A stretch of DNA of 64,000 bases from Eukaryota sp. TZLM1-RC (GCA_040285825.1 JAUPSS010000004.1:2460550-2524549); one strand, 5' to 3'; positions 32,814 through 44,835 are shown, counted from the first letter of the stretch. Numbers and translations are program-made. Notes: a model not told the origin generated them from the letters alone.

Positions 32814-34838
32814 GGGAAAACTCCAAAATCCACACGTTTTTCAAAGATAGAACAAAATCCACACTTGCAAAACAAAATCCACACACTTTCATAGATTCAC
32901 AACACAATCCACATTTCCTATGAACATTGATCTTAAACGTCTTAGGAACGATGCAACATTGGTGGCAACAGAACACAGGACGTTTGAGTCGAGATTGGAC
33001 TTACAGACCTTCTTACATCAACTTGCACTTCAATACAACAAGGAATTCACAGTTGCTCCCAACAATAACAAAACGCGGTATGAGGTGAGGTGTACTGCTG
33101 CCGAATGTCCGTTCAAAATCATAGCTAGGGCACCAATAGATTCTGAGGTCTGGTGTATTACCAAAGCGGTCACCCATGCAGCAGGATGTGTAGCCTCTCC
33201 GAAGACCTATTTTCCACCCAAGATCATTGCATACATCTTAAAAGAAGACTTCAGGTGCGAGAGACCGTTTTCGCCCAAAGCGTTGGAAAAATCTAGCTCC
33301 GTCATCAAAAATGGTACATCTGCAGCACGGACAATTAGGGCTGCACAAAACTACTTATACGGTGACAGGGAATCTTCCTATAGACTCCTCCCGTATTATT
33401 TTTCTGCTATATGTGAAAAGATGCCAGGAAGCGTGGCTTTTGTGAACTTCAATGCAGCAGGACATTTTCATAGATGTTTTTTCTCTCTTGAAGCTTCTAG
33501 TGAAGGCTTTGAATACACCAAACCACTGTTGGGATTGGATGGATGTCACATTAAGACTCAATATCTTGGTGTTTTGTTGGTTGCCACAACAGTAGATGCA
33601 GCTGGACATACTTTTCCTCTTGCTTTTGGAGTAGTTGAAAATGAACATTATGATTCTTGGAAATGGTTTATAGAAGAGCTAAAGAAGGTTTTTGATTTGA
33701 CTGGTATTACTGTCATATCTGATCGACAAAAAGGACTTATCAAGGCTGTTGGGGAAACGTTGCAAACCTCTGCTCATGCATTTTGTGTAAAGCATCTTGC
33801 CGATAATGCCAACGGTAAAGGTTCTAAAAAGGCCCGACCGTTCATATTCCGATTGGCCAAATGCGGTTCCAAAGTTGAATACGAGAAACTGTTGCGTGAA
33901 ATGACGTTGGTGAGTCCAGCTGCTGCAAACTACATCCGTAATACGGCTGAACCACACCATTGGGTTGAATATCAATTTCCAGGGAACAGATGTGGTCATG
34001 TTACCAGCAACATAGTTGAATGTGTAAATGCGTGCATTGCAGAAGCTCGTCAGCTTCCAATTGTACATATGTTAGAATCGATTAGGTCAATGTTGGCGAG
34101 ATGGTTTATTACGAGAAGAAAAAAAGCACGAAACTTATCATCAACTATTGTCTGCAGAGCAAATGATATTCTGGAACAGAGACTGTTACAATCTCGAGAT
34201 TTAAAAGCTGTGGAATTGGACCAAGCTAAATTTGAAGTGAGGGAGAACGGCACTGTATTTACTGTCAATGTGGATTCCAACAAATGCTCATGTGGAGCTT
34301 TGGAAAAAGAAGGGATTCCGTGTGTGCATTTACTCGTACTTCTTTCAGCAAAAGGAAGTAGAGGTGTTGAATTATGTTCTGAACTTCATTCAACACAGAG
34401 ATTTCTCAAAACTTACAGTGGAAGAATACTCTCAGTGGACGACATAAAACTTCATTCGGTTGTGAAGCAGACGCTAGAAGACAAGATCGAATCAGATATA
34501 CAAACTCAACCTCCAATTCCTACACCGCGAGCAGGAAGACCAGGAGTCGTTAGGAAGAGGAGAAGTAATGAACCAAGAGGACCCAACAGCCGTAGCGAGA
34601 AGTTTACTGATGCAGTTGAACCAGCGCCCAAACAACGACGCAAGTACACATGTAAAGTATGTGGTGTCGAAGGACATAACGCAAGAGGATGTCCCAACAA
34701 AGATAAAGAATAGCTAATAAACAAGATTGTGTGGATATTGATGTTTTTGGAGTTTCTGTGTGGATTGTGAAGTCTTTTGATGAAAGTGTGTGGATTTTGC
34801 TCCATTTTGCAGAAAAATGTGGAAAATGAATTTATCCC
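32814..34838 (+). mobile_element. MULE/MuDR DNA transposon, apparently intact, 9-bp TSD TTAAAAATA
   Basis: GGG...CCC imperfect TIRs with subterminal AATCCACA repeats; TSD at 32805-32813 and 34839-34847. Confidence 0.93.
32920..34713 (+). CDS. MULE transposase with SWIM and CCHC knuckle (597 aa, intact)
   Basis: LDGCHIK, FPLAFGVVENE, ISDRQKGL, FCVKHL, TSNIVECVN, CSC..GIPCVH and CKVCGVEGHNARGC. Confidence 0.93.
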   Translation: MNIDLKRLRNDATLVATEHRTFESRLDLQTFLHQLALQYNKEFTVAPNNNKTRYEVRCTAAECPFKIIARAPIDSEVWCITKAVTHAAGCVASPKTYFPPKIIAYILKEDFRCERPFSPKALEKSSSVIKNGTSAARTIRAAQNYLYGDRESSYRLLPYYFSAICEKMPGSVAFVNFNAAGHFHRCFFSLEASSEGFEYTKPLLGLDGCHIKTQYLGVLLVATTVDAAGHTFPLAFGVVENEHYDSWKWFIEELKKVFDLTGITVISDRQKGLIKAVGETLQTSAHAFCVKHLADNANGKGSKKARPFIFRLAKCGSKVEYEKLLREMTLVSPAAANYIRNTAEPHHWVEYQFPGNRCGHVTSNIVECVNACIAEARQLPIVHMLESIRSMLARWFITRRKKARNLSSTIVCRANDILEQRLLQSRDLKAVELDQAKFEVRENGTVFTVNVDSNKCSCGALEKEGIPCVHLLVLLSAKGSRGVELCSELHSTQRFLKTYSGRILSVDDIKLHSVVKQTLEDKIESDIQTQPPIPTPRAGRPGVVRKRRSNEPRGPNSRSEKFTDAVEPAPKQRRKYTCKVCGVEGHNARGCPNKDKE

Positions 34839-34941
34839 TTAAAAATATATATAAAAAATTTTTGTCTTTAGATTTATTTTTTCATAAATTTGTGTTTTTT
34901 GGAATTAATAACATTTCAAAAATAATAGCTCAACTAAGCTA

Positions 34942-35853
34942 ATGCCAATCCTTGAGCTTGTGCATGCAGCTTCCTGTTCAACAAGTCTGACCCACTTATT
35001 CCTATCAGACCAAAGTCGTACATACAAAGTTGGTAGACTAGAAACTTCTGATCTTTCTGTCATAGACCAGCACTGCCAAATATCTCGTACCCACTTTCTT
35101 TTGTTCTACAGAGACTCACAGTGGTTTCTCCAAGACACATCTCTCAATGGTACTTGTGTCAATGGTGTGATTTTTCGTAAACAGCACGAACCTATTGCAC
35201 TCAACATTGGAACAACTGTTTCCATTATTTGTGGAACCGTCTCTGATTCGGACAACCATCCTTTGTTCTATCTGAAGGATTCCCCTCCCACGAGTCCTTC
35301 TCTCCTCTCTCTTCCCGCTCCTTCACTAACCACGTCTCTAGTGGCCACCAAGAGAACCTCTTCTACCGATTCACTTCCACCAATCAAATCTTGTCCAGAA
35401 TTGCCAGCTCACGATGACCGAGCACCCATAGAAGAAAATACTACCGATAACTCTTCCAACTGCAGTATTTGTTTTGAAATTCTGGTAAATGCACACGTGT
35501 TACCAGACTGTGGTCATTGTTTCTGTTTCGTTTGTCTTGTTTTATTGCTTAAATCAAATAGGGTAAATAAATGTCCAAACTGCAGGGAAGTTATTTCTAA
35601 AAATCCTAAGAAATGTTTTGATTTAAATAATGTCATTGAAAGATTTGTTGTTCCAAATTTGAACTCTCAAAATAAGAAAACATTTGAAGAACGATATGAT
35701 CAAAGCCAAAAATTTTCTCAGTTTCAAATTTTTATAAAATCAAAAAATGATAAAAATTCTTGCCATAAATGTAGTCGTAAAGTTGCTAAATATTATGTAA
35801 AAAATACCAACAATAAGTGTTTTTGTCTTGAATGTTTAGTTCAATTTAGTTGA
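34942..35853 (+). CDS. FHA plus RING E3 ligase (CHFR/RNF8-like architecture)
   Basis: FHA: VGR..ISRTH..QDTSLNGTCVNG. RING: CSICFE..CGHCFCFVC..CPNCR. C-terminal CHKC..CLEC. Confidence 0.85.
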   Translation: MPILELVHAASCSTSLTHLFLSDQSRTYKVGRLETSDLSVIDQHCQISRTHFLLFYRDSQWFLQDTSLNGTCVNGVIFRKQHEPIALNIGTTVSIICGTVSDSDNHPLFYLKDSPPTSPSLLSLPAPSLTTSLVATKRTSSTDSLPPIKSCPELPAHDDRAPIEENTTDNSSNCSICFEILVNAHVLPDCGHCFCFVCLVLLLKSNRVNKCPNCREVISKNPKKCFDLNNVIERFVVPNLNSQNKKTFEERYDQSQKFSQFQIFIKSKNDKNSCHKCSRKVAKYYVKNTNNKCFCLECLVQFS

Positions 35854-36666
35854 TATTGTTTTTGTTGGTTTTCAATTCTGCTTCTACTCACTTTTAGTTT
35901 TGAGCCATTATGTTGGTCTTTAACATCTCAAAATTTCATTTATTAATTTTTTTAATTCTTCAATTTTTTAATTCTATTTCAATCAAGACAATGACTTTGC
36001 TCAATCGTTGTGCTTAAGTCAGAAGACTGTTCAGAGAGGGGCAAAATTAGGCTTCACTTCACTAGTGAAGTACCTATATTTGTTTGATTTTATGGTAAAC
36101 TCTAATCCTAACTACTCTCAAGTCCAATGGTTACTTGTTCTTTCATTGAAATGATTGATGTACTTTATGATTTCAATCAAATATGATAATTCATAGTTAT
36201 TGACGAAATTTTGTATAAAGACTGATTTTGTAAATGGTTTGTCGTAAGAAAAAGGTTCTTTAATGTTCATAAATTCAAAACCAAAAGAAGACAACTTCTT
36301 TGAAATTCCTTATTTGCTAAATATCATTTTGATGAATTTAGTTATTTTCACTGTAAGCATTGACTTGTATGGTTTAAGTATAATTGAATGCACAATTGAT
36401 TCTCTTTGATACATAAATCTATTTCAACTTCTTCATTTAGTCTCCAACTAAACAAATATCATGTGTCTTTCTTTTGGTCTTCTACTTAAACAAAACAATT
36501 ACAAAAACACTTTACTCAAATGCATTTTATGTTGATGTTCATTACTCTATAGAAGTTCGAATAAATTTTTAAAAATAAACATAGCGGAAATTCTCAAAAA
36601 TTGAGCTTCATGATCATAACAATATGCCCAAACAAAACAATGGTGGACCCCCAATTTTATTCACAT

Positions 36667-37951
36667 TTACACAGAAACAAACTCGAAATCTCGATCTGCA
36701 CGAGTAACTACCTTCTTGTAGGCCTCCTCGAAATCAGCTCTTATCACAACATATCTGTTTGCCCGAACCTATAATTAAAACCAATTCAAAAAAATCAAAC
36801 ATACGGCCAACATTCCTGCTTCCTGAGTAATTGCTCTTATGTCTGCTCCTGAAAGCTTATCTGGTCTTGAAACATAATGTTCAAGATCAACATCATCAGC
36901 AAGGTTCATTTCAGCCGTGCACACCTGGAACACAAGCCTCTTTTGACGTCTATCGGGCTCAGGAAACTCAATCTTTCTGTCCAGTCTACCTGGTCGAAGT
37001 AGAGCGGGATCTAAAGTATCAGGGCGATTGGTAGCCATCATAACTTTAACATTGGTGTCTTGTTCAAAGCCATCCATTTGTGTCAGTAATTCGATCAGAA
37101 TTCTTTGAACTTCTCGATCAGCTCCAGTATTTGCGTCAAATCTCTTCTGGGCAATAGCGTCAATCTCATCAATAAAAATAATAGCAGGCTGATTTTGTCT
37201 AGCAAGCTTAAAGACGTCACGAACCATTCTGGGGCCTTCACCGAGGTACTTTTGGACAAACTCTGAACCAACCATTCTAATAAAAGAAGCTTTAGTGTGA
37301 TGAGCTACTGCCTGAGCAAGCATTGTCTGAGGTTAAAGGGACGGCTAAGAAACAACAAACCTTTCCACAACCTGGAGGGCCGTAGAGAAGGACCCCACGA
37401 GGTGGGTCAATGCCCACTTGCTTGTAGAGCTCGGATTGGGTTAGGGGTAGCTCAACTGCTTCTCTAAGTTCTTGTTTCTGTACATCAAGGCCACCAACAT
37501 CAGTGTACTTGATGTCAGGCTTATCTGTTAATGTAGTAACTGAGATATCCCCGTCAGAGGGTAACGTGTCCACAAGAGCGTTACTAGCTCGATGCAGGGC
37601 CACTGATCCTGTTGGTTGAAGAATAGATCGATCAATGGTAGATAGGATGCGTACATAGTTGGAAGGTCCTTGTGTAGAACCTACAATGGCATGATGTGTG
37701 TCTACGAGCTCTTGGAATTGTCCAATGAGTAGGGGTACTGCTTTGATGCGATCGACTTCCTGTTGTGCCCGAAGGAGTTCCCTACGGAGGTTTCTTTCAT
37801 CTTCTATGATGTAAGCTTCTTGAATTTTGAGAAGTTCCAGTTCGTGTTCAAGATTTTTAATGCGGAGATAAGGATCCGAAATGGGAACTTCCGGTGCTGT
37901 AGGAGTAACAACCGGTCCAGTAGAGAAGTCTGTAATGCCAATTTCTTCCAT
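36667..37951 (-). CDS. RPT3: 26S proteasome AAA-ATPase RPT3 (3 exons: 37951-37361, 37326-36805, 36768-36667)
   Basis: [24 protein letters not shown]|[12 protein letters not shown] and [14 protein letters not shown] introns at 37327-37360 (34 nt) and 36769-36804 (36 nt) restore a 404-aa protein. Confidence 0.95.
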
Positions 37952-37960
37952 TAAGATGAG

Positions 37961-38412
37961 ATGAATTATCAATTCTCAGATGCAAGACTTAATCTCCTGA
38001 ATCTGGCATCAATGATCGGCATTTCTTGCATTCCTATCCCCTTGATCTTATCAACAGTCAATTATCTTTATCTCACTGCTGCAGTTCTTACTTTATCAAC
38101 TTTGTGTTACTCCTTTTTCACTTCTACGCGCAAGATGTCACCCGTTCTTTCGTTCTCAATCTTGTCCACCCATGTTTTCAAGTCTCTTTCGTTTTTTACT
38201 CTATTTTATGTCATTGTAGGCATTTGTTGACACCTTTTCCTTTTTTCCTTTATTTGCACCATGACGTGCCACTATTTCTCAAATTACTACTAGTATTTCA
38301 TTTTAATGAAGTTTGTCTATCCCTAACCCCATTTATTTATGCTTTTTTTTCATATCCATTTCTTTATTTTGGAAACAACAGACACATATTGAAACTCATC
38401 ATCAAACCTTAA
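37961..38412 (+). CDS. Possible small multi-pass membrane protein (needs a frameshift or intron near 38225)
   Basis: Two overlapping hydrophobic ORFs; the ATG is only 9 bp from the divergent RPT3 ATG. Confidence 0.25.
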
Positions 38413-38439
38413 CTAATGCTTTTACCTACTCAAGCTCTA

Positions 38440-38790
38440 TCAATTGAATGACGGGAGATTTTGGCTATTCACTTGAATAGCAACTCGCTTGTTATAAAAC
38501 TCCGTAATGTTATTCAAAATGGAGTAATATAACGAAAAAGGGCTTTCAATAATGAAATATAATTCTGTTCTTTCAAATCCAAAAATCGAATGCACCACCA
38601 CATTTTTTGAGAAGTTTTCCTAGATCATCTAAAAATTGAGACATTCAGTTCCAAGGATGCCAAAAATTGAAATAGCAATTGAGACAAATTTGATGTTTCT
38701 GCCTCTTGCTCCATTGAGACGTTGTAGAAGGGGTTCGTATTTTGATTTTTCAGCCGAGTTTTTTATTCTATTTTCTCCTAGTTTAAGAGT
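38440..38790 (-). mobile_element. Decayed RLE retrotransposon 3' end (family E)
   Basis: KSKYEPLLQRL..IKFVSIAISIFGILG..NNITEFYNKRVAIQVNSQNLPSFN*; homologous to 12330-12660. Confidence 0.6.
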
Positions 38791-40731
38791 CTCTACCAAA
38801 TATTGAGAGTAATTCTCTTTATTTTGAGTCTCTATTCATTAATACATAAACGACTGAATAATCATCAATCATTCAGTTTTTCACTGTTTGAGGTTGATTA
38901 CGGTTAAGAAAAATCTGATTACGGATGTCTGTAAAGTCTACATGTTTTTGGATCTTTGTACGTTCATTTTTGAGATACTCTCTTCAATTCTGACTCTTTC
39001 ATCTCATTTTTCTTTGTATTCCAGGTCATTTACCAGGTTAATTTCAGCTTTTGTAAGACGAAGCCATAAACTGGCTACACATGATGCCTTGCAATAGTAG
39101 GTGTTTATTCTTCCAAAAATCTGTTTTTTTTGAGCTGACAGATTTGTACACTCGACCATGAGAGTCTTGGGAAACTTCATTTTAGATACATGCATAAATT
39201 TTTTGATTTCAACTGTGAAAATGGTGCGAAAGTGGTCTACGAGAACATTTTCCTCCATTTTAGTGAAGGTCTCTTGAGATTATTATGGCGGTATAATCTA
39301 ACGTCTTTTAATAGAAAGAATAATCAACATAACATCAAACTCTAAATAAAGTGACGGGGATGCTCATTTTCTTTAACAACAAAGTGTTCAAGATGATTAT
39401 ACACTTCATCTATCAATTGACACTTTTTATTTTTATTATTTTTCCGAATTTGAGTATTTTCGTCTAAAATTGCGTTTTCAAATAAGGGGTGCTTAATATT
39501 TTTGGCAATTTGTTGTTCTGGTCTAATTTTAGAGAACCATGAAGAAAAAAATAGGTAAATCTTAGTGTCTGTTAAGGTACGAGATTGATGGGAGATCTTC
39601 AGTTTCCGAATCGGAGTCATCGTTCAGAGGAGGTATTTCATAATTTGAGTTTGGTTGTTTATGCTGCAAATTAATGAAGGTTCTTCCTTTTGATCCAGGT
39701 CGATATTTCTCGATAACATATCTACCCAGTGGTTGTCTTCACCAGGTTCATGGACTATATCAAAGTCGAATTCAGATAGTATCGGCAGCCATCTCTTTGC
39801 AATCCTATTTTTCTCTGCCGCAGTTGCCAGGAATGCAATGTTTTTAGGATCTGTGAAAATTTTCAGGAATCTAGTCAAAAGATAGCTCTCTAAGCAACTT
39901 TCAGTGAGAATCAAAAGTATTGCATATAATTCTTTTTGTAAAGTGGACCATTTTCTTTTGTGTTTCTGTCAGTAATCTACTGTAAAATGACAGAGTATCA
40001 CTAATCCTAGGTAGATTAGGCTCTACTGAAATCGTGTCGGCGTTAACACCATCTTTACCACTAAATTCTCCAGTTAGCCTGGGTTTCTTGCCGTCAGGAT
40101 ATATATTTATGACGACAGGAGAGCTGAATTTATAATTAGATTCAACTGCATAGCCCATTTCAATCAGTTCATCAAATATTTTGTTTGTTATTTCCATTTT
40201 GCTGGGATGTACTATAGCATTCTCATCTCTAAAAGGGATTGTTAGGGGATTACAATCGATTCCTTTTCTGTTTGCAGTATCACTAAAAACATCGCTGAAA
40301 ATTCCTAGTAGACTCGTTATTTTTAATTTGTTATTATCATCGTCTAATTTTATCTCACAACCAGATCTAGTTAATTGCTCCTCAAAATCGGAAGGACTCG
40401 ATGATTGGTTATCTAAGGTCCCAATCGAATGTTGAGCGATTCCTGAGTCGAATTCAGATTCTGCATTTAACAAAGTGCGGCGTTTTTTGTCTAATCTAAT
40501 GAAAAGACCATCATTCGTCTGAAGTCCAAGTGTTTTTAACATGTCTGTCCCTATTAATAATTTGTTGAAACCCGGGATTATGGGAAGAGTATGTCTATAA
40601 TGCACCTGTTGTGTGCAATTTCACTGCATTTGTGGGCAATTGAATCTTTTCACACAAACTTTTGAGGTTTACAATTTTCAGGAATATCGGTCGAATCCAA
40701 TTCTAGACCTTAACAATTCTAGACCTTTCTC

Positions 40732-41862
40732 ATGGGACTATCTTTTGACCTTCTTCTATCTTCTCCCGACCTTCGATCACTATCTGTACGCCCCTCCGAA
40801 GACACAAAGGTAAGAGCCGTGTACACGTATCTTTTTCTGGGCTGTACACAAAAAAGAACCGCCGAACTGTTTTCTGTATCCCAGTCTTCCATAAGCAAAT
40901 GGGTAAAGTATTACTTAAGCATAAAATCAAGACAGGAAAGGATACTTGCCGGTCTTTACGTGAGTGATGAAGAAACTACCGACGACGATTGTTCATCCCA
41001 TGATCCTCGATGCGTCTTGACTTCTGAAGAGGCATTAGAACTGCTTGACTTTGTCGAAAAGGATCCACTTTCCTTCCTTCGCGAAATCCGAACATTTGTT
41101 CGAAGTCAGTTCAATAAATCTATTTCTATAACAACTGTTCATAGGATACTTGTTCGCCATGGATATTCTTACAAAAAGTGTCAGACTCTAGTTCGTAGGG
41201 CCAAGTTGTCACTTATTACACAGTTTGAGGGTAACTATATGCTTGATATTGGACTTGTTCTTCATCATCAACTTGTATTCATTGACGAACTTTCATTCAA
41301 AACTCAAGTCAATGCCCATTCTTATGGTCGTTCGCCAAAAGGACAATCTATTTACACAGTTCAACCTGAAATGCTGGAAGTTCAAGTCAGTGCAGCTGTA
41401 GCTATTGATGTTAGAGGGACTCTTTTCTACCATGTTCAAGAAGGGCATTTTGACAGGCATGGTTTTGCTGCTTTCCTACACGATTTGATCAATTCAAAGA
41501 ACCTCTACACATTTCCTGGACATCGGTCTGTTTTGATACTTGATGGCTGTCGTATCCACACATCTGACTTCTTGATTCATGCTGTTCGAAAATGTGGTCT
41601 GCACTATCGGATTCTGCCGCCCTATTGCCCCGCTATGAACCCTATCGAAATGTTCTTCTCTGTTTTACGCCGGAAAGTCAGGGGCATTACTCACAACCAG
41701 GATAAAGTTTATGGTATTGACGTTGTTCAGACTGCTTTACAGAATCTAGCTGATTTCAACTGCCGTGGATTTTTCAATCGGTGTGGCTGGATAGATCTAC
41801 GTAGTATTAACTCTCCATATTCAAGACCGGATTCGCAGTTATTAGCTGCATTGAATCATTAA
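40732..41862 (+). CDS. IS630/Tc1-like DD34E transposase, copy 1 (intact, 376 aa)
   Basis: N-terminal HTH (SEDTKVRAVYTYLFLG..SQSSISKW), second HTH (ISITTVHRIL), FIDELSF, ILDGCRIH and LPPYCPAMNPIE, with 34 residues between the second D and E. Confidence 0.9.
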   Translation: MGLSFDLLLSSPDLRSLSVRPSEDTKVRAVYTYLFLGCTQKRTAELFSVSQSSISKWVKYYLSIKSRQERILAGLYVSDEETTDDDCSSHDPRCVLTSEEALELLDFVEKDPLSFLREIRTFVRSQFNKSISITTVHRILVRHGYSYKKCQTLVRRAKLSLITQFEGNYMLDIGLVLHHQLVFIDELSFKTQVNAHSYGRSPKGQSIYTVQPEMLEVQVSAAVAIDVRGTLFYHVQEGHFDRHGFAAFLHDLINSKNLYTFPGHRSVLILDGCRIHTSDFLIHAVRKCGLHYRILPPYCPAMNPIEMFFSVLRRKVRGITHNQDKVYGIDVVQTALQNLADFNCRGFFNRCGWIDLRSINSPYSRPDSQLLAALNH

Positions 41863-41900
41863 TAAATTATGACTATTAAATTATTTTTATTCGAAGTCGA

Positions 41901-42950
41901 TTAAATAAAACGTAACGAACTGTTAATCTGTTTGTTGATGAGGGTCTTCAACATTTGAAATTGAGGTAAAATTGAGTTCAGCTGCGGGGCTTGTACAGGC
42001 TTGTGAAGATCTTCTGAAGCTCCCAGCCAACACATAGTTTTGGATGTCCTGAAAAAGAATTTGCGTTCCAGTTCATCACGTCGCTTCCGTTCTAAGTCGA
42101 GAGCTGTCAAACGAGATGATACAAAGGACGCCAAGTTTTTCGCAAGTTCCTGATCTTCACTCATAACAAGCAAAGGTTTTACGACTTTGGGTTCAAAAAG
42201 CTTTCCAATAGTGAACGGGATGCAATTCAGAGTTGCTGACCCTGATTCGAACATACTCTTCCATGTTTTCCAAGCGACCTCAGGTGCTTTGATCTCATTA
42301 TTGGCCTCTTTCAGTTGTTGTATTGTGATGGTCACGGCCTTCGTCTTCTCAAACTCTGCACATTTTTTCTTGAACTCCTCTCTAGACATGATTTTCGGAG
42401 CAACCAAAACATAGAACAATGGACTGGTAGTTCGATCGAATTCAAGGTACTTCTGCAAAAGGTCTGTAGACAAATCAACCTTGAACGCAGCATTGGTAGA
42501 CGTTTTATACTTCAATTGAAGCTCTTCTGGAAGAATAGGTGGTTTCTTGTTAGTTGCAATTTGTTTGAGGTATAACTCTATCATAACTTCATGAAAAGTG
42601 CTGACAGATAGATCTTCAATATTGGGACTGATGAAGATATTGATTACCTTTTCATAGAAAGGCCTACCGCCTTTAATATAAGCAAAGGCAACGTCGATGG
42701 GCCGAGAAACGTAGTCGGGTAAAAGTGATAGAGCAATAGAGGAAGTTTGAGCTTCATCAGCTATCTCAGATACTGGACTTTCAGGGTTTGATGTGTGCTC
42801 TGGTAATGTCACATTGGGAAATGTACGGGGAGTTTCCAACTGATCGTCTAACGACCAAGATACAGGAGCAGCAAAGTTTTCAGAGTTTAAGGCGGCGAAT
42901 GCTTGGGTGGGGGTGTAAGGCGTTTCCCCAAAGTCAATCGGAAAGGACAT
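41901..42950 (-). CDS. Convergent partner ORF of DD34E element, copy 1 (unknown function)
   Basis: Homologous to 43899-44762 and about 52730-52965 (LxExNxxIxxPxxAWxTW..IP..F; FVSSxLxxLDxE). Confidence 0.75.
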   Translation of the reverse strand: MSFPIDFGETPYTPTQAFAALNSENFAAPVSWSLDDQLETPRTFPNVTLPEHTSNPESPVSEIADEAQTSSIALSLLPDYVSRPIDVAFAYIKGGRPFYEKVINIFISPNIEDLSVSTFHEVMIELYLKQIATNKKPPILPEELQLKYKTSTNAAFKVDLSTDLLQKYLEFDRTTSPLFYVLVAPKIMSREEFKKKCAEFEKTKAVTITIQQLKEANNEIKAPEVAWKTWKSMFESGSATLNCIPFTIGKLFEPKVVKPLLVMSEDQELAKNLASFVSSRLTALDLERKRRDELERKFFFRTSKTMCWLGASEDLHKPVQAPQLNSILPQFQMLKTLINKQINSSLRFI

Positions 42951-42959
42951 GTGATCAAG

Positions 42960-44835
42960 CAGTGGTATTGTAATAGAAAGGTCTAAAATTTTTGAGTATT
43001 CTTTAGAAGTGAAAACCTCAATTCCCTTCCCACAAATTCTTACACTCTTTCCACATGGGATATACTTTTCAACTTTTACTTGACCCCAATATAGATCTTC
43101 GCGATCTTAAGTGTCATGCATCGGAAGACACCAAAGTTCGGGCTGTCTATACTTATCTTTGGCTAGAACAAACACAGGCTGAAGTGGCCAAGTACTTCTT
43201 AGTAGACCAGTCAACAATTTCTAGATGGCTTGTCAAGGCCTTTTTACCGGTACCGAAATGACTTCATTCGGACACAAGGTTGGTCACCAAAGGGTTGTCC
43301 AATAGTTGTGGAGAGTCTATCAACTTTAGTATAGTCAGATCTCAACATGTGTAGCGATAGGTGTGAACGGTTATGTTCATTCGCACATACAGGAGGGTCA
43401 CTTTGACCGACATCAGTTCATTGGCTTCTTGCGTTCACTTCTTCGTTTAGGCTTTTTGAGCACAAGAGGTGGCCCTCGTAGCTGTATTGTCTTGGATGGT
43501 TGTCGGATCCACATCCATCAACACATATCTGAAGCATTACGAAAGGCAGGTCTTCACTACTTTAAGCTTCCTCCTTACTGCCCGGAGCAAAATCCCATCG
43601 AAACCTTTTTTGGCTCCTTCAAAAAAACTGTTCGAAGGTTGATGCAGTACTACAGCGATCTTGATCAAATTCAACTCCTCAACACAATATTGCATCACCA
43701 TATGAGGTACAATTGTTACAGGATTTTCTCCAATTCCGGTTGGAAACAGTTTCAAGTTTATCGCTCTCCCTACCCCCTGAAAGAGAAACTAAAGGTGTTT
43801 GTAGAATAACAAAGGGTCAAAGAGTCACTATTGTTAGAAAATAAAGCTTTTTATGTCACTAAAACGAACAAAATCTACACTAAAACGTCATTACATAGTT
43901 ACTGGTGACTGTTTTCAGCATTATCAGCTCTTTTGAGTTGCTGGGCTACAACAATAGACAGTCTAGCAACGGAGGACACTCGCTTTCTAGCACTTCGAAT
44001 CAAGCTTGGCATAATCGAGATGAGGTTCTCAGTCCGAACTTGTAAGACATTCATGGCGTGATCTCTTGCTTCTACAATTTCTTGGGCGATGAACTGAAAA
44101 ATGGCTTCGTTTTCTCTTTCTATATCATCGTCGTTGTCAACAGAGTGGTTGACTCTGGTGAAAAACTGCGTTAGACCTGCTGGAATGGCAGTTGTAGTGC
44201 ATGTTGGATCATCTTCATAATTTTTGGCCCAGGTCTCCCAAGCAGACTGTGGTCCGTCAATATCTGGGTTCTGTTCCTGCAAGAACTCCACTGTAGTTGA
44301 CCTTGCTTCTTCAGCTTCTGTTTCCTTAATAAACAAGCCGTATTCCTTAGCAGACACATTATCGGCAGCTATTTTGATCAAAAATGGGTATTCCTTTCGA
44401 TCGTTTGGCGCAGCAGACAACCAATTTCCAACCCATTTTCTGATTGTGGAAGCCTCGACTTTGGTATAGTTCCAGCCGTTTCCATAAGAAAAGAAGCACT
44501 GAAGCGAGCTTCTTGGATGAGTTTTTACTTCCTGAGCTCGGCAAATTGCGTGAAAGTGTTGCAGGAAAAACTCTTTGAGAGCAGAGGGGCTCCAAGAGTA
44601 ATCGTGTGTGTAGAATAGGTCAAGTTCGCGAGGTTCGAGTCTGTTAGATTTCTGGCCTGAAAGACAATAGACAACGCCAACAGTAAGTTTATTGGCGTCA
44701 GGAAACAGTTCTTACGAAAGGTCAATAAACAAAGCACGGTTTACGTTTTGATGTTCACTCATAAGTTGTGGAAAGAAAATGTGGAAAAAGTCTGTAGGGA
44801 ATTTGTGAAAAATGCATTTGGTTTGAAATCCACTG
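42960..44835 (+). mobile_element. Two-gene DD34E element, copy 2 (transposase internally deleted; partner ORF has one stop)
   Basis: Bounded by CAGTGG...CCACTG. Transposase pieces at 43055-43261 and 43363-43809 (LDGCRIH, PPYCPEQNPIE). Partner frame 44762-43899 on the minus strand with a single TAA at 44712-44714. Confidence 0.8.

Noticed and set aside
41901-42950. Partner ORF of the DD34E element as a Fanzor/TnpB
   Set aside because: No RuvC D/E/D motifs or Zn finger in any of the three copies.
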